The notes below the pieces were generated by a model, which worked only from the letters and a program-made list of their open reading frames with translations, ran no database searches and was not told where the DNA came from. A stretch of 64,000 nucleotides of DNA, taken from contig CAKZQG010000043.1 of assembly GCA_937139605.1 (NCBI GenBank), forward strand, positions 6,692-70,691, given 5' to 3'. Position numbers and translations under genes: made by a program. This document shows, piece by piece, positions 1 through 9,233 of this stretch. This DNA is from an uncultured bacterium (GTDB lineage Bacteria > DRYD01). Position 1 is the first letter of the stretch. Each line of letters opens with the position of its first letter.

Positions 1-359
1 ACGCCTTCTTCTACATATTCTATTAATTTCTTATTGTTAATACTCTTTTGCAAATCTTCTTTTTTATCAATAATTTCTATTTTTTTATCTATTATTTCTT
101 CATTTTTTAAATCTTTTTGTTGTAATACTTCTTTTTGTAAGATTTCTTGATTTTCTTTAATTTTATTTTCATTTTTTTGTAAATCTTTTAAATTATTTTT
201 TAAAGTAGTTAAATTATTTATATTTTTTTCTATTAAAGAGATTTGTTCATCAGACAATTTTTGATTAGGAGAGTTTACAGAAATTGATAAATTACCAGCT
301 ATTTCCTTTAGCTCTTTAAATGTTATTCCCAATACCTTAGATACTTCATGAGCTTTCAT
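1..359 (-). CDS. infB: Probable translation initiation factor IF-2, N-terminal part (runs off the window start)
   Basis: Manual translation from ATG at 359 (SD-like GGAAGAAGGA upstream): MKAHEVSKVLGITFKELKEIAGNLSISVNSPNQKLSDEQISLI..., resembling the IF2_N domain, then a charged linker ending KKLIEYVEEG. Open to the window edge; the GTPase domain is not visible. Confidence 0.6.
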   Translation of the reverse strand, partial: MKAHEVSKVLGITFKELKEIAGNLSISVNSPNQKLSDEQISLIEKNINNLTTLKNNLKDLQKNENKIKENQEILQKEVLQQKDLKNEEIIDKKIEIIDKKEDLQKSINNKKLIEYVEEG

Positions 360-384
360 AGGTAATTCCTTCTTCCTTAATTTA

Positions 385-1770
385 TTATTTAATGTTATTT
401 CCAATAGAATAATATTCAAAGCCAATTTCTTTTATTTCTAAGGGGTTAAGTATATTTCTACCATCAATTATGATAGGAGTTTCCATAAGTTCATAAATAT
501 TATAATAATTAGCTTTTTTATATTCATCCCAATCATTAGTTATTAAGATTGCACTTGAATTAACAGTACTTTCATATATATTTTCTATTAATTTTATATT
601 ATTAGAAAAATGGGGATAATTTTTTTGGATATAATTTTGGAAATTATGTAATCCTTTGGGATCATAAACATTAATAATAGCTCCTTCTTGAGAAAGCCTA
701 GGGATTATCTTTAAAGCTGGAGATTCTCTAATATCATCAGTATTAGCTTTAAAAGATACCCCCCAAACTGTTAGAATCTTATTCTTTATATTCCATAAAG
801 CATTTTTAACTTTATTTATAAAAATTTCTATCCTTTCTTCATTGATAATTTTTACAGCTTCAAATAAAATAGGATTTATCTGGTAGTTATTAAAGACAGA
901 GATAAGAGCAGTTAAGTCCTTAGGCAAACAAGATCCTCCAAATCCTATACCTGCTTTTAAGAAGTCCATCCCAATCCTTGGATCAAGGCCTATACCTAAT
1001 CTAATATTTTCAATATTAGCTTCAAAAGCTTCAGACAAATTAGCAATACTATTAATAAAAGAAATCTTAGTAGCTAAAAACGCATTAGAAGCTAATTTTA
1101 TTATTTCAGCTTCTTCTAAACTAACTATTAAAATAGGAGAATTAAAATCACTATATAATTCACTTACTTCCTTAGCTATATCATAATTATCAGAGCCTAT
1201 AATTATTCTACTGGGATTAAAAAAATCATAAATAGCATTACCCTCTCTTAAAAACTCTGGCATAGAAACTACTTCAAAATTAGCCTTTAATCCCCTTCGA
1301 TATCTTATTATAGCTTTTTTAAACCATCTACCAGTGCCTGGAGGCACCGTACTCCTTATTGTAATAACTTTAAAATCATTTTTTAAACTATTTGCTATCT
1401 CTTTCGCTACTATATCTAAATAATACATATCATAAGTTCCATCATCTTTAATTGGAGTCCCAACACATACAAATATATACCTACACTCATTAACTAAATC
1501 AAAAATATTCTCTCTAAAGGATAACCTATTTAATTCAATAGAATCTAAAAGGTATTTTTGCAAATCAGGTTCATAAAATGGACAAATTCCTTGCTTTATT
1601 TTTTTTAATTTCTCTTTGTCTTTTTCTACAATCAATACATTATAACCTTTATAAGCTAACCCTGCAGCAGTAACTAATCCTACATAACCCGCACCTATTA
1701 TCCCTATCTTTACATCCTTTTTTATATCATCTATATCTATTTTTTCTAATTTTTCTTTCAATAAAACCAT
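385..1770 (-). CDS. ugd: UDP-glucose/GDP-mannose dehydrogenase family protein (UDP-glucose 6-dehydrogenase)
   Basis: GIIGAGYVGL Rossmann motif, CVGTP, RSTVPPGT, PEFLREG, KLASNAFLATKISFIN, GFGGSCLPKD catalytic Cys motif, FKANTDDIRESP. Confidence 0.95.
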   Translation of the reverse strand: MVLLKEKLEKIDIDDIKKDVKIGIIGAGYVGLVTAAGLAYKGYNVLIVEKDKEKLKKIKQGICPFYEPDLQKYLLDSIELNRLSFRENIFDLVNECRYIFVCVGTPIKDDGTYDMYYLDIVAKEIANSLKNDFKVITIRSTVPPGTGRWFKKAIIRYRRGLKANFEVVSMPEFLREGNAIYDFFNPSRIIIGSDNYDIAKEVSELYSDFNSPILIVSLEEAEIIKLASNAFLATKISFINSIANLSEAFEANIENIRLGIGLDPRIGMDFLKAGIGFGGSCLPKDLTALISVFNNYQINPILFEAVKIINEERIEIFINKVKNALWNIKNKILTVWGVSFKANTDDIRESPALKIIPRLSQEGAIINVYDPKGLHNFQNYIQKNYPHFSNNIKLIENIYESTVNSSAILITNDWDEYKKANYYNIYELMETPIIIDGRNILNPLEIKEIGFEYYSIGNNIK

Positions 1771-1921
1771 AGCTATATATAATATTTTATACTCTTTAAA
1801 CTTTACCTTTTATTTTTTATTTCATAAATAAATGTAATCATAATAAAAAGGATAAAAATATATTTAAGTAAAATTTAAAAATATAGCAAAATAAAAAATC
1901 AATAAAAGGGGGAGTAAAATA

Positions 1922-3205
1922 ATGCATGACGTAAATCTAATAAGTAAAGATCCAGCTAAATATAAGTATTATTTAAAAATAAGAAATGAAAACGAGAACA
2001 TAATAGATAATGTTTTAAATATAAATAGAGAAAGAAAAGAACTTATATCTAAAATAAATGACCTAAGATCTGCTAAAAATAATATCTCCAGATTAATAGG
2101 ACATAAGAAATATACAACCGAAGAAGAAAAACAAAAACTAATATCAGAATCTCTTAAAATAGATCAAGAACTCCAAACCCTAGAGCCTATATTAAACGAA
2201 TTAGAAAATAATTTAAAACATTTACTTATGATGATCCCAAACGTTGTAGATGAAGACGTACCAATTGGTAAAGACAATACTGATAATATTATAATCTATC
2301 AAGAAGGAGAAATCCAAGATATTGAAGCACTTCCACATTGGGAAATAGGGGAAAAACTCAATATAATAGATTTTGAAAGAGGAGTAAAGCTATCAGGGTC
2401 TAGATTTTATATCCTAAAAGGATACGCTGCTAAACTCCAACGAGCTCTTATTAATTTCTTCTTAGATTTTCACACTACTCATCATAACTATAAAGAAGTA
2501 TATCTCCCATTTGTTGTAAAAAAACATTGCTTAGAAGGAGCAGGACAATTACCTAAATTTGAAGATAACCTCTACCATGACTGGGAAGATGATATCTGGC
2601 TAGTACCTACCGCTGAAGTACCCTTAACTAACATATACAAAGACGAAATATTACCTATTGATGTATTACCATTATATTATGTAGCATATACTCCTTGTTT
2701 TAGAAAAGAGAAAATAGCAGCAGGTAAGGATGTAAGAGGAATAAAAAGAGGACACCAATTCGATAAAGTTGAACTATATAAATTTACTACTCCAGAAAAT
2801 AGTGATTACGAGTTAGAAAAATTAGTCCAAGACGCAGCAGATATACTAAGAGCACTAGGCTTACCCTTTAGGATAGTTAAATTATGTAGTGGGGACTTAG
2901 GTTTTGCTGCATCTAAAACTTACGATATAGAAGTATGGGCTGCAGGTTCTAAAGAATGGTTAGAAGTTAGCTCATGTAGTAATACTAGAGATTTCCAAGC
3001 AAGACGCGCTAATATCCGTTTCAAAAGAACACCTAACTCCAAACCTGAATATGTACATACCTTAAATGGTTCAGGTTTAGCACTCCCTAGAGTAGTTATC
3101 GCTATCTTAGAAAATTATCAACAAAAAGACGGAACCATTTTAATCCCTAAGGTTCTTCAAAAATATACCGGATTTGATAAAATTGACATAAACTGGAAAT
3201 ACTAA
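1922..3205 (+). CDS. serS: Serine--tRNA ligase
   Basis: N-terminal coiled coil, LVPTAEVPL, TPCFRKE..AG...RGIKRGHQFDKVE, TYDIEVW, EVSSCSN...FQARR, HTLNGSGLALPR. Confidence 0.98.
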   Translation: MHDVNLISKDPAKYKYYLKIRNENENIIDNVLNINRERKELISKINDLRSAKNNISRLIGHKKYTTEEEKQKLISESLKIDQELQTLEPILNELENNLKHLLMMIPNVVDEDVPIGKDNTDNIIIYQEGEIQDIEALPHWEIGEKLNIIDFERGVKLSGSRFYILKGYAAKLQRALINFFLDFHTTHHNYKEVYLPFVVKKHCLEGAGQLPKFEDNLYHDWEDDIWLVPTAEVPLTNIYKDEILPIDVLPLYYVAYTPCFRKEKIAAGKDVRGIKRGHQFDKVELYKFTTPENSDYELEKLVQDAADILRALGLPFRIVKLCSGDLGFAASKTYDIEVWAAGSKEWLEVSSCSNTRDFQARRANIRFKRTPNSKPEYVHTLNGSGLALPRVVIAILENYQQKDGTILIPKVLQKYTGFDKIDINWKY

Positions 3206-3490
3206 TTTATTAGTAAAATAACTTGCTTTATTAATAAATATAAAAAACTAAAAAGGGGTGAGAATTTCTTCCCCTCCTTAAAAGAGAATTACCCCCTTAT
3301 TAAGTGTAGCTTCAGCACTGCCTTCCTTACATAACAGACCGAAGTTCGTTTTAGTAAAATTTTCACCTTTATATGAGTTCTAAATTTTCCTATTCTTAAT
3401 GCTCATAGATTCAGCACATCCTTTTCGGTAGCAAAATCTCCATCTAATATATATTCTGCTGTTTGTAAAAAAAATAGTTATTATAATTTA

Positions 3491-4002
3491 TTAAGTTCTA
3501 ATAGCATCTTTAACTACATTATAAACACCGCCTATAACAAGAGCTAACAATACTCCAAAAGGCCCCATAACAGCTACAGCACCTGCTGTTAATCAACCTA
3601 TTACCATACTATCTAATACTCCATGTAATGTTCCTTTTACTACACCTAAAAGTGCCCCTTTTAAACTAGTTTTTGTAACAGTCCATTCATTCTTTTCTTG
3701 CATATCTTTTGTTGCAGCATTATTTATATCAGTATAAAATGAATAAGCTTTTAAAGCGCCTGTTAACAAAGGATATGCACCACCTGTTACTACTACACCT
3801 GCACCTTTTAGCAATCCTTCTACAAATGAATAACTAGGAGTATTTTCTACTTTATCACCTTCTATTCTTACAAACTCCTTCTTATCACCTTCTTTAATAG
3901 AACACCATCCCAATACATTTTTGTTTGTAATTTATCATTTATTTCCATGTTTTAAACAGCCCATACTTTTTGTTCTTTCTTTGTAAAAATTTTATCTTTC
4001 AT
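3491..4002 (-). pseudogene. Decayed gene for an unknown Gly-rich membrane protein (copy 1)
   Basis: ATG at 4002, in-frame TAA at 3954-3952, a -1 frameshift near 3893 (DGVLL/KEGDKK), in-frame TGA at 3595-3593, then the frame continues LTAGAVAVMGPFGVLLALVIGGVYNVVKDAIRT to TAA at 3491. Homologous to the remnant at 28436-28760. Confidence 0.65.
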
Positions 4003-4073
4003 TTCTTATATTAATATTTTTATTAATTTTTATATTATTTAAATATAAAAAAATGTTAATTTTTTGTTTTATA

Positions 4074-5648
4074 TTAAAATCTTAATACTTTTCCGTTTTT
4101 AGATATTATTTCTTTATCCTTCAATACTAATTTACCATTAACAAATACGTAATTAATTCCATCAGGATATTGATGTGGATTTAAATAAGTTGAATTATCT
4201 CTTAAATTGTTTAAATCAAAAATAACAATATCAGCAAAATATCCTTTTTCAATTATTCCTCTTTTATAGATATTAAATTTCTTAGCTGGGAACTCAGATA
4301 ATTTATATACTGCTTCCTTTAAAGTTAATAATTTTTTTTGTTTTACATATTTATTAATAAATTTAATAAAAGTGCCGTAAGTTCTTGGATGTGGATGAGA
4401 TTTAGATAATATTCCATATGGGCATCTTATAGCACTATCACTTGCAACCATAACGTATTCTTTTGTAGCTATATAATCCACTTCTTCTTCATCCATTAGA
4501 AAATAGATTGCTCCTAAATCATAGCCTTCTGTTTTTAATAAGTATATAACAGTTTTAGCAGGAGATATTTTTAAATCTTTTGAAATATCTTGAATAGTTA
4601 ATCCAATATATTTTGATAACTTAGGATTATAAGCTTCAGATATTATTATTTTATCCCAAGGAGTATGAGGAGTATTTTCTATATCTTTTTCTACTTGTTC
4701 CTCATTTAAAGATATTTTAGATATAATATCTTCAATAGAGCCTTCTAAGTATTTATCAGGTAGCACTTGAGATAAGCCGGTATTAGAAGCTTCATAAGGG
4801 TATTGATCAGCATCTATATTAATATTATTTTTTTTAGCTTGTTCAATTAGAAGACAAGCTTCTTTAGCTTTGCCCTTAGCAACACCTGCTGCTTTTAAAT
4901 GAGAAATCTCGAAATTAACCCCACTTTCCTTAGATATTTCTATACTTTCATTTATTGCTTCAAGTAATTTAGAGCTTTCTGATCTCATATGATTCGTTAA
5001 AATTTTATTTTTAGATTTAACTACCTTAGCTAATTCTATTAATTCTTTGGAATCTGAAAATTTACCAGGTATATAAATAAGTCCTAAGGATAACCCAATT
5101 GCTCCTTCATCTAACACTTTTGATAATTCATTTTTAAAGACATTGATATCATTATCATTAAGTTTAATATTATTATATCCGAATAATCCTGCACGGATTT
5201 GCCCATGCCCCGCAAGATAGGCATAATTAATAGAAATATTAAGTGATTCAATATAATCTAAGTATTCCTTTAAAGAGCTCCAATTTAGTTTATGTATATT
5301 ATAGCTTTGAGCTTCTGTTTTAATAGAATTAAAAGTATTAGGATAAAGAGGACTAACAGCGAATCCACAATTCCCAGAAACAATAGTAGTAACCCCTTGA
5401 TAAAGAGCGCTACAAGCTTCAGGATTAGCTATTATCGTTAAATCACTATGACTATGAACATCAATAAACCCAGAAGAAACACATAACTCCTCAGCATCAA
5501 TTACTTCATAACCATTTGATTTTAAATTATTTATATCATCTTCATTAAGTAAGTCATAATTTATTTCTTCTATTATTTCGTTATTTATAAATACGTTTCC
5601 TTTTTTTTCTTTTTGGATTATAAATCCATTAATAATAGCTGTTTTCAT
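4074..5648 (-). CDS. N-acyl-D-amino-acid deacylase (D-aminoacylase) family amidohydrolase
   Basis: GFIDVHSHSD, QGVTTIVSGNCGF, GLIYIPG, HMRSES, ISHLK, ADQYPY, SDS, HPRTYGTF, GYFADIVIFD. Confidence 0.85.
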   Translation of the reverse strand: MKTAIINGFIIQKEKKGNVFINNEIIEEINYDLLNEDDINNLKSNGYEVIDAEELCVSSGFIDVHSHSDLTIIANPEACSALYQGVTTIVSGNCGFAVSPLYPNTFNSIKTEAQSYNIHKLNWSSLKEYLDYIESLNISINYAYLAGHGQIRAGLFGYNNIKLNDNDINVFKNELSKVLDEGAIGLSLGLIYIPGKFSDSKELIELAKVVKSKNKILTNHMRSESSKLLEAINESIEISKESGVNFEISHLKAAGVAKGKAKEACLLIEQAKKNNINIDADQYPYEASNTGLSQVLPDKYLEGSIEDIISKISLNEEQVEKDIENTPHTPWDKIIISEAYNPKLSKYIGLTIQDISKDLKISPAKTVIYLLKTEGYDLGAIYFLMDEEEVDYIATKEYVMVASDSAIRCPYGILSKSHPHPRTYGTFIKFINKYVKQKKLLTLKEAVYKLSEFPAKKFNIYKRGIIEKGYFADIVIFDLNNLRDNSTYLNPHQYPDGINYVFVNGKLVLKDKEIISKNGKVLRF

Positions 5649-5972
5649 TTATTTTCTCCTTTCCATTAATTTTTTAATTAAATTTTCTATTTCTTGCCTA
5701 GCTTTATATCTTCTTAAATAAAATATAATAGAGTGATTAGAATAATTGGATAGATTAAGTAAATACTTTTTGTTATTATATTTTTTACTATTATTATTTA
5801 CAAATACCAAAGAAGGTTTTCCTTCAAAATTAGTAAAAAATAATTCAAATTCATTTTTACCATTATTTTTAGTATTTTTAATAATAGGTTTTAAATTTTG
5901 AATTTTTAACACTTTTATTAAGTAATAAAAAAATCTTTCATTACAATATTTTAACATACTAATTTTAAACAA
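5649..5972 (-). CDS. Hypothetical protein
   Basis: 107-aa ORF abutting the start of the deacylase gene; no recognised motif. Confidence 0.45.
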   Translation of the reverse strand: MFKISMLKYCNERFFYYLIKVLKIQNLKPIIKNTKNNGKNEFELFFTNFEGKPSLVFVNNNSKKYNNKKYLLNLSNYSNHSIIFYLRRYKARQEIENLIKKLMERRK

Positions 5973-6191
5973 TCCCTTCCATTTAAAATTAAAATTAAAA
6001 AACTTTTAGTTTATCTATTTATTTTATTATTTTTTTTATCTATAAATTCCTCTAATTCATTATAATTTTATAGGTTTATTTATTTAATTTTTTAGAGGTA
6101 GGAGTTTTTGTTATGTAGAATAATTATATTAACTAAAGATATTTGTATTAAAGATATTATGTGATAAAAAAATAAAGGGGTGTTAGTAAAA

Positions 6192-6554
6192 ATGATAAAA
6201 AAAATAAGCCGAAATGAATTAAGAAAAATTAGACATAAAAGGATAAGAAAAAAAATAAAAGGTACTTCTTTAAGGCCAAGATGTAGTATTTTTAAAAGTA
6301 ATAAACACATATATTTACAAGTAATAGACGACACTAAAGGAATAACTTTAACTTATGCTAATTCATTAGAAAAAGATTTAAGAGAGAAAAGATTAAAATT
6401 TAAAGAAATAGTGGAAGAAGTAGCAAATAAGTTAGCTTCAAGATGTAAAGAAAAAAATATAAATAAATTAGTTTTTGATAGAGGCGGGTATAAATATCAT
6501 GGTAATGTTAAAAAAGTAGCAGATATTTTAAGACAACATGGAATAGAATTATAA
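6192..6554 (+). CDS. rplR: 50S ribosomal protein L18
   Basis: RHKRIRKKIKGTSLRPR..FKSNKHIYLQVIDD, VFDRGGYKYHG.V. ATG at 6192 chosen because SD GGGGTG lies 9 nt upstream. Confidence 0.97.
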   Translation: MIKKISRNELRKIRHKRIRKKIKGTSLRPRCSIFKSNKHIYLQVIDDTKGITLTYANSLEKDLREKRLKFKEIVEEVANKLASRCKEKNINKLVFDRGGYKYHGNVKKVADILRQHGIEL

Positions 6555-6598
6555 AATAATTATAAAATAATAAATAATAAAAGGGGGTAAAATTTAAG

Positions 6599-7333
6599 AT
6601 GACTTTAGTAGAAAAAGGAGAATATGATAGCATATTAGTTTCATTAAGAAGAGTTACGCGGGTAATGAAAGGTGGAAAAAGGTTTAGATTTAGTGCATTA
6701 GTAGTAGTAGGAGATGGGAATGGGAAAGTAGGTGCAGCATTAGCTAAAGCTCCAGAAGCTATGTTAGCCATAAGAAAAGCTGAAGAAAAAGCTAAAAAAA
6801 GTATGTTTAATGTCCCAATTGTTAATGAAACTATCCCACATGAAATATTAGGAATAAACACAACCTCAAAAGTACTTTTAAAACCAGCAGGTAAAGGAAC
6901 AGGAATAATCGCATCTATGCCAGTTAGAAGTGTTTTAGAAAAAGCTGGATATAAAAATATTTTAACCAAATCCTTAGGGAGTAATAATCATATAAATTTA
7001 GTATGGGCTACCATAGACGCACTTAAAAAACTTAAAACTAAAGAAGAACAATTAGAAATATTACAATCTACTGAATCTAAAGACCAATTCGAAAAATATT
7101 TAAAACCAACTGATAACTATACAACTTCTCAAGAAAAATTAAAGCAAACATCAAAACCAACAACAGAAGAACAATCTAAAATAGAAAACCAATCAAAACC
7201 TACTGAACAATATAGATCTAATCCTAAACAAAAAGATAACTTTAGAAATAAATTTAATAAACCCAATTACAAAAAATTTAATAAACAAACTAATGAATCT
7301 TTAAAAGATAACAATGAAAATAATAACGAATAA
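6599..7333 (+). CDS. rpsE: 30S ribosomal protein S5 with a long hydrophilic C-terminal extension
   Basis: RRVTRVMKGGKRFRFSALVVVGDGNGKVG, LLKPAGKGTGIIA, KSLGSNN; ~75 extra K/Q/N/T-rich residues at the C-terminus. Confidence 0.97.
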   Translation: MTLVEKGEYDSILVSLRRVTRVMKGGKRFRFSALVVVGDGNGKVGAALAKAPEAMLAIRKAEEKAKKSMFNVPIVNETIPHEILGINTTSKVLLKPAGKGTGIIASMPVRSVLEKAGYKNILTKSLGSNNHINLVWATIDALKKLKTKEEQLEILQSTESKDQFEKYLKPTDNYTTSQEKLKQTSKPTTEEQSKIENQSKPTEQYRSNPKQKDNFRNKFNKPNYKKFNKQTNESLKDNNENNNE

Positions 7334-7354
7334 AAAACAAGAGGGGTGTAATTT

Positions 7355-7858
7355 ATGTATTTACAAGAATTAAAACCGTATAAAGGGAGTAAGAAAAAAA
7401 GAAAAAGAATAGGAAGAGGTTTAGGTAGTGGTCATGGAGTAACAGCTACAAGAGGAACAAAGGGGCAAAAAGCAAGAAGTGGAGGAGCTAAACCCCCATT
7501 TTTTGAAGGTGGTCAAAATCCTTTATACTTAAGGGTTCCTTCTAAGGGATTTACTAACATCTTTAAAAAAGAATATCATATCTTAAAAATCTCAGATTTA
7601 AATATCTTTGATGATAATACAGTAGTTACTCCCGATTTACTTAACAAAGTAGGATTAATAAAATATAAAGATAAATTAGATAAAGAAATAAAAATCTTAG
7701 GAAATGGGGAGTTAAATAAAACTTTAGAAATCCATGCTCATAAAATAACAAAAAAGGCTCTACAAAAATTAGAAAAAACTAATTCAAAATTTGTAAAATT
7801 ACCCCCATTAAAAACTAAATTTAAAAAAACCATCAGGAGAAAATCCCATCCTCTATAA
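7355..7858 (+). CDS. rplO: 50S ribosomal protein L15
   Basis: RIGRGLGSGHGVTATRGTKGQKARSG, FEGGQNPLYLRVP, KILGNGEL. Confidence 0.97.
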   Translation: MYLQELKPYKGSKKKRKRIGRGLGSGHGVTATRGTKGQKARSGGAKPPFFEGGQNPLYLRVPSKGFTNIFKKEYHILKISDLNIFDDNTVVTPDLLNKVGLIKYKDKLDKEIKILGNGELNKTLEIHAHKITKKALQKLEKTNSKFVKLPPLKTKFKKTIRRKSHPL

Positions 7859-8012
7859 TAAGATAAAGATAAATCGATCTTTATAAAATATTAGCAAGAA
7901 GTATATATTATATAAAAATATTAATAAGGCTTACTAAATTAAGAAGCATTAATGGATAGTTTAAAAAAACCAAGAAAACAAAAAAAATAAATAATTATAA
8001 TTAGCTACTTTA

Positions 8013-8951
8013 GTGTTAAAAATAGATAATGATTATATTTTAAAATTCAAAAAAGATATAAATTTATCGAATTTAACAACTTATAAAATTGGTGGCAAAA
8101 GTTTAGGAGTATTTGTCTTTAATAATTCTTTTGATTTAATAAAATCGTTATTATATTTTTCAGATAAAGGGATTCCTTATAAAATAATAGGGAAAGGGAG
8201 TAATTTACTAATAACAGACGAGTACTTAATAGAGCAAGTTTTCATAATAAACAAAGAAAGGTTTTTCTTAAATTACGGTAATAAGGTTTTAGTAAATGCA
8301 GGCTTGGAATTACAATATTTTATTAAAAAATTAATAGATTTAAATTTTGATTCTTATCAAGAGTTAGCAGGGATTCCCGCAAGTGTAGGGGGCTGCGTAT
8401 TTAATAATGCTGGCATCCCCTCAATTGAAATAGCTCAGTATATTAAAACAATATACTATTTTAACCGAAAAAAAAGAAAAATAGAAAATATAAAAATCAC
8501 AGACAAAAACAGATCTAATTTCTTTTCCTATAGAGATTCCTTTTTTAAAGAAGAAGCTAAAAATAATAATTTCTACGATATACTATATATAGAATTTGAA
8601 CTTAAAAATAAGAAAAATAAAACTGAGTTATTAGAAATATATAATAAAACTTGGGAAAAGAGGATACTAACTCAACCGTTAAATTCTCCATCATGCGGTA
8701 GTGTTTTTAAAAATATTCATTTAAATTTAAAAAACGAAAAAAAATTTATAAGAGCTTGGGAAATTATTGATAGATTAGGTTTTAGGGGATATATATTTAA
8801 CGGTGCTAAAGTTTCTGAAAAACATCCTAACTTTATCCTTAATTTTAATAATGCTAAATTTAGAGATGTTTATAATTTAATTCAATTAATTCTTTCAAAA
8901 GCTAAAGAGCAAAATTATCACTTAGATCTAGAAGTAGAAATAATTAAATAA
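8013..8951 (+). CDS. murB: UDP-N-acetylenolpyruvoylglucosamine reductase
   Basis: TTYKIGG, IGKGSNLL, GIPASVGG..FNNAG, FSYRDS, QPLNSPSCGSVFKN, VSEKHPNFILN. Confidence 0.93.
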   Translation: MLKIDNDYILKFKKDINLSNLTTYKIGGKSLGVFVFNNSFDLIKSLLYFSDKGIPYKIIGKGSNLLITDEYLIEQVFIINKERFFLNYGNKVLVNAGLELQYFIKKLIDLNFDSYQELAGIPASVGGCVFNNAGIPSIEIAQYIKTIYYFNRKKRKIENIKITDKNRSNFFSYRDSFFKEEAKNNNFYDILYIEFELKNKKNKTELLEIYNKTWEKRILTQPLNSPSCGSVFKNIHLNLKNEKKFIRAWEIIDRLGFRGYIFNGAKVSEKHPNFILNFNNAKFRDVYNLIQLILSKAKEQNYHLDLEVEIIK

Positions 8952-9099
8952 ACAAATAAATAAAAAAATTAATGAGGATAAAAACAATTTAAAAACTATT
9001 AAAAAGCGTATATTTAAAAATATATTAACAAACTAAAAACCCTAAAATGGAAGCAAACTATTTAAAGGAAAAATAGTATTTAAGATACTTTTTAAAGAG

Positions 9100-9129
9100 T
9101 TGCCAAGTAATTTTTGCTATTGATATAAT
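9100..9129 (+). promoter_or_regulatory. Sigma70-type promoter candidate
   Basis: TTGCCA (9100-9105), 18-nt spacer, TATAAT (9124-9129), directly upstream of the GC-rich element. Confidence 0.5.
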
Positions 9130-9131
9130 TA

Positions 9132-9214
9132 GCCTAATCCCGCCTGCAGACCATAGGGATAACGTGGCGGAATATAAATAGGTCTGCCAAGAGTGTATAT
9201 TATTATACACTTTT
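9132..9214 (+). ncRNA. Candidate structured non-coding RNA (unidentified sRNA or riboswitch)
   Basis: GC-rich island in an AT-rich intergenic region with complementary pairs CCGCC(9140-44)/GGCGG(9166-70) and GCAGACC(9146-52)/GGTCTGC(9181-87), lying between a promoter and a hairpin. Confidence 0.5.
9189..9214 (+). terminator. Hairpin, probable intrinsic terminator
   Basis: AAGAGTGTATA-TTAT-TATACACTTTT, 11-bp stem with one G-U pair; short U tract. Confidence 0.5.
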
Positions 9215-9233
9215 GTTAATCAGAATAAAATTA

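Noticed and set aside
1771-1921. T-box riboswitch upstream of serS
   Set aside because: The leader is short and almost entirely A/T, with no T-box motif or terminator
3593-3595. UGA recoded as Trp/Gly (alternative genetic code), suggested by the in-frame TGA in the 3.5-4.0 kb frame
   Set aside because: All recognisable genes translate full length in code 11 with TGG for Trp, and the same locus also has an in-frame TAA and a frameshift, so decay explains it better
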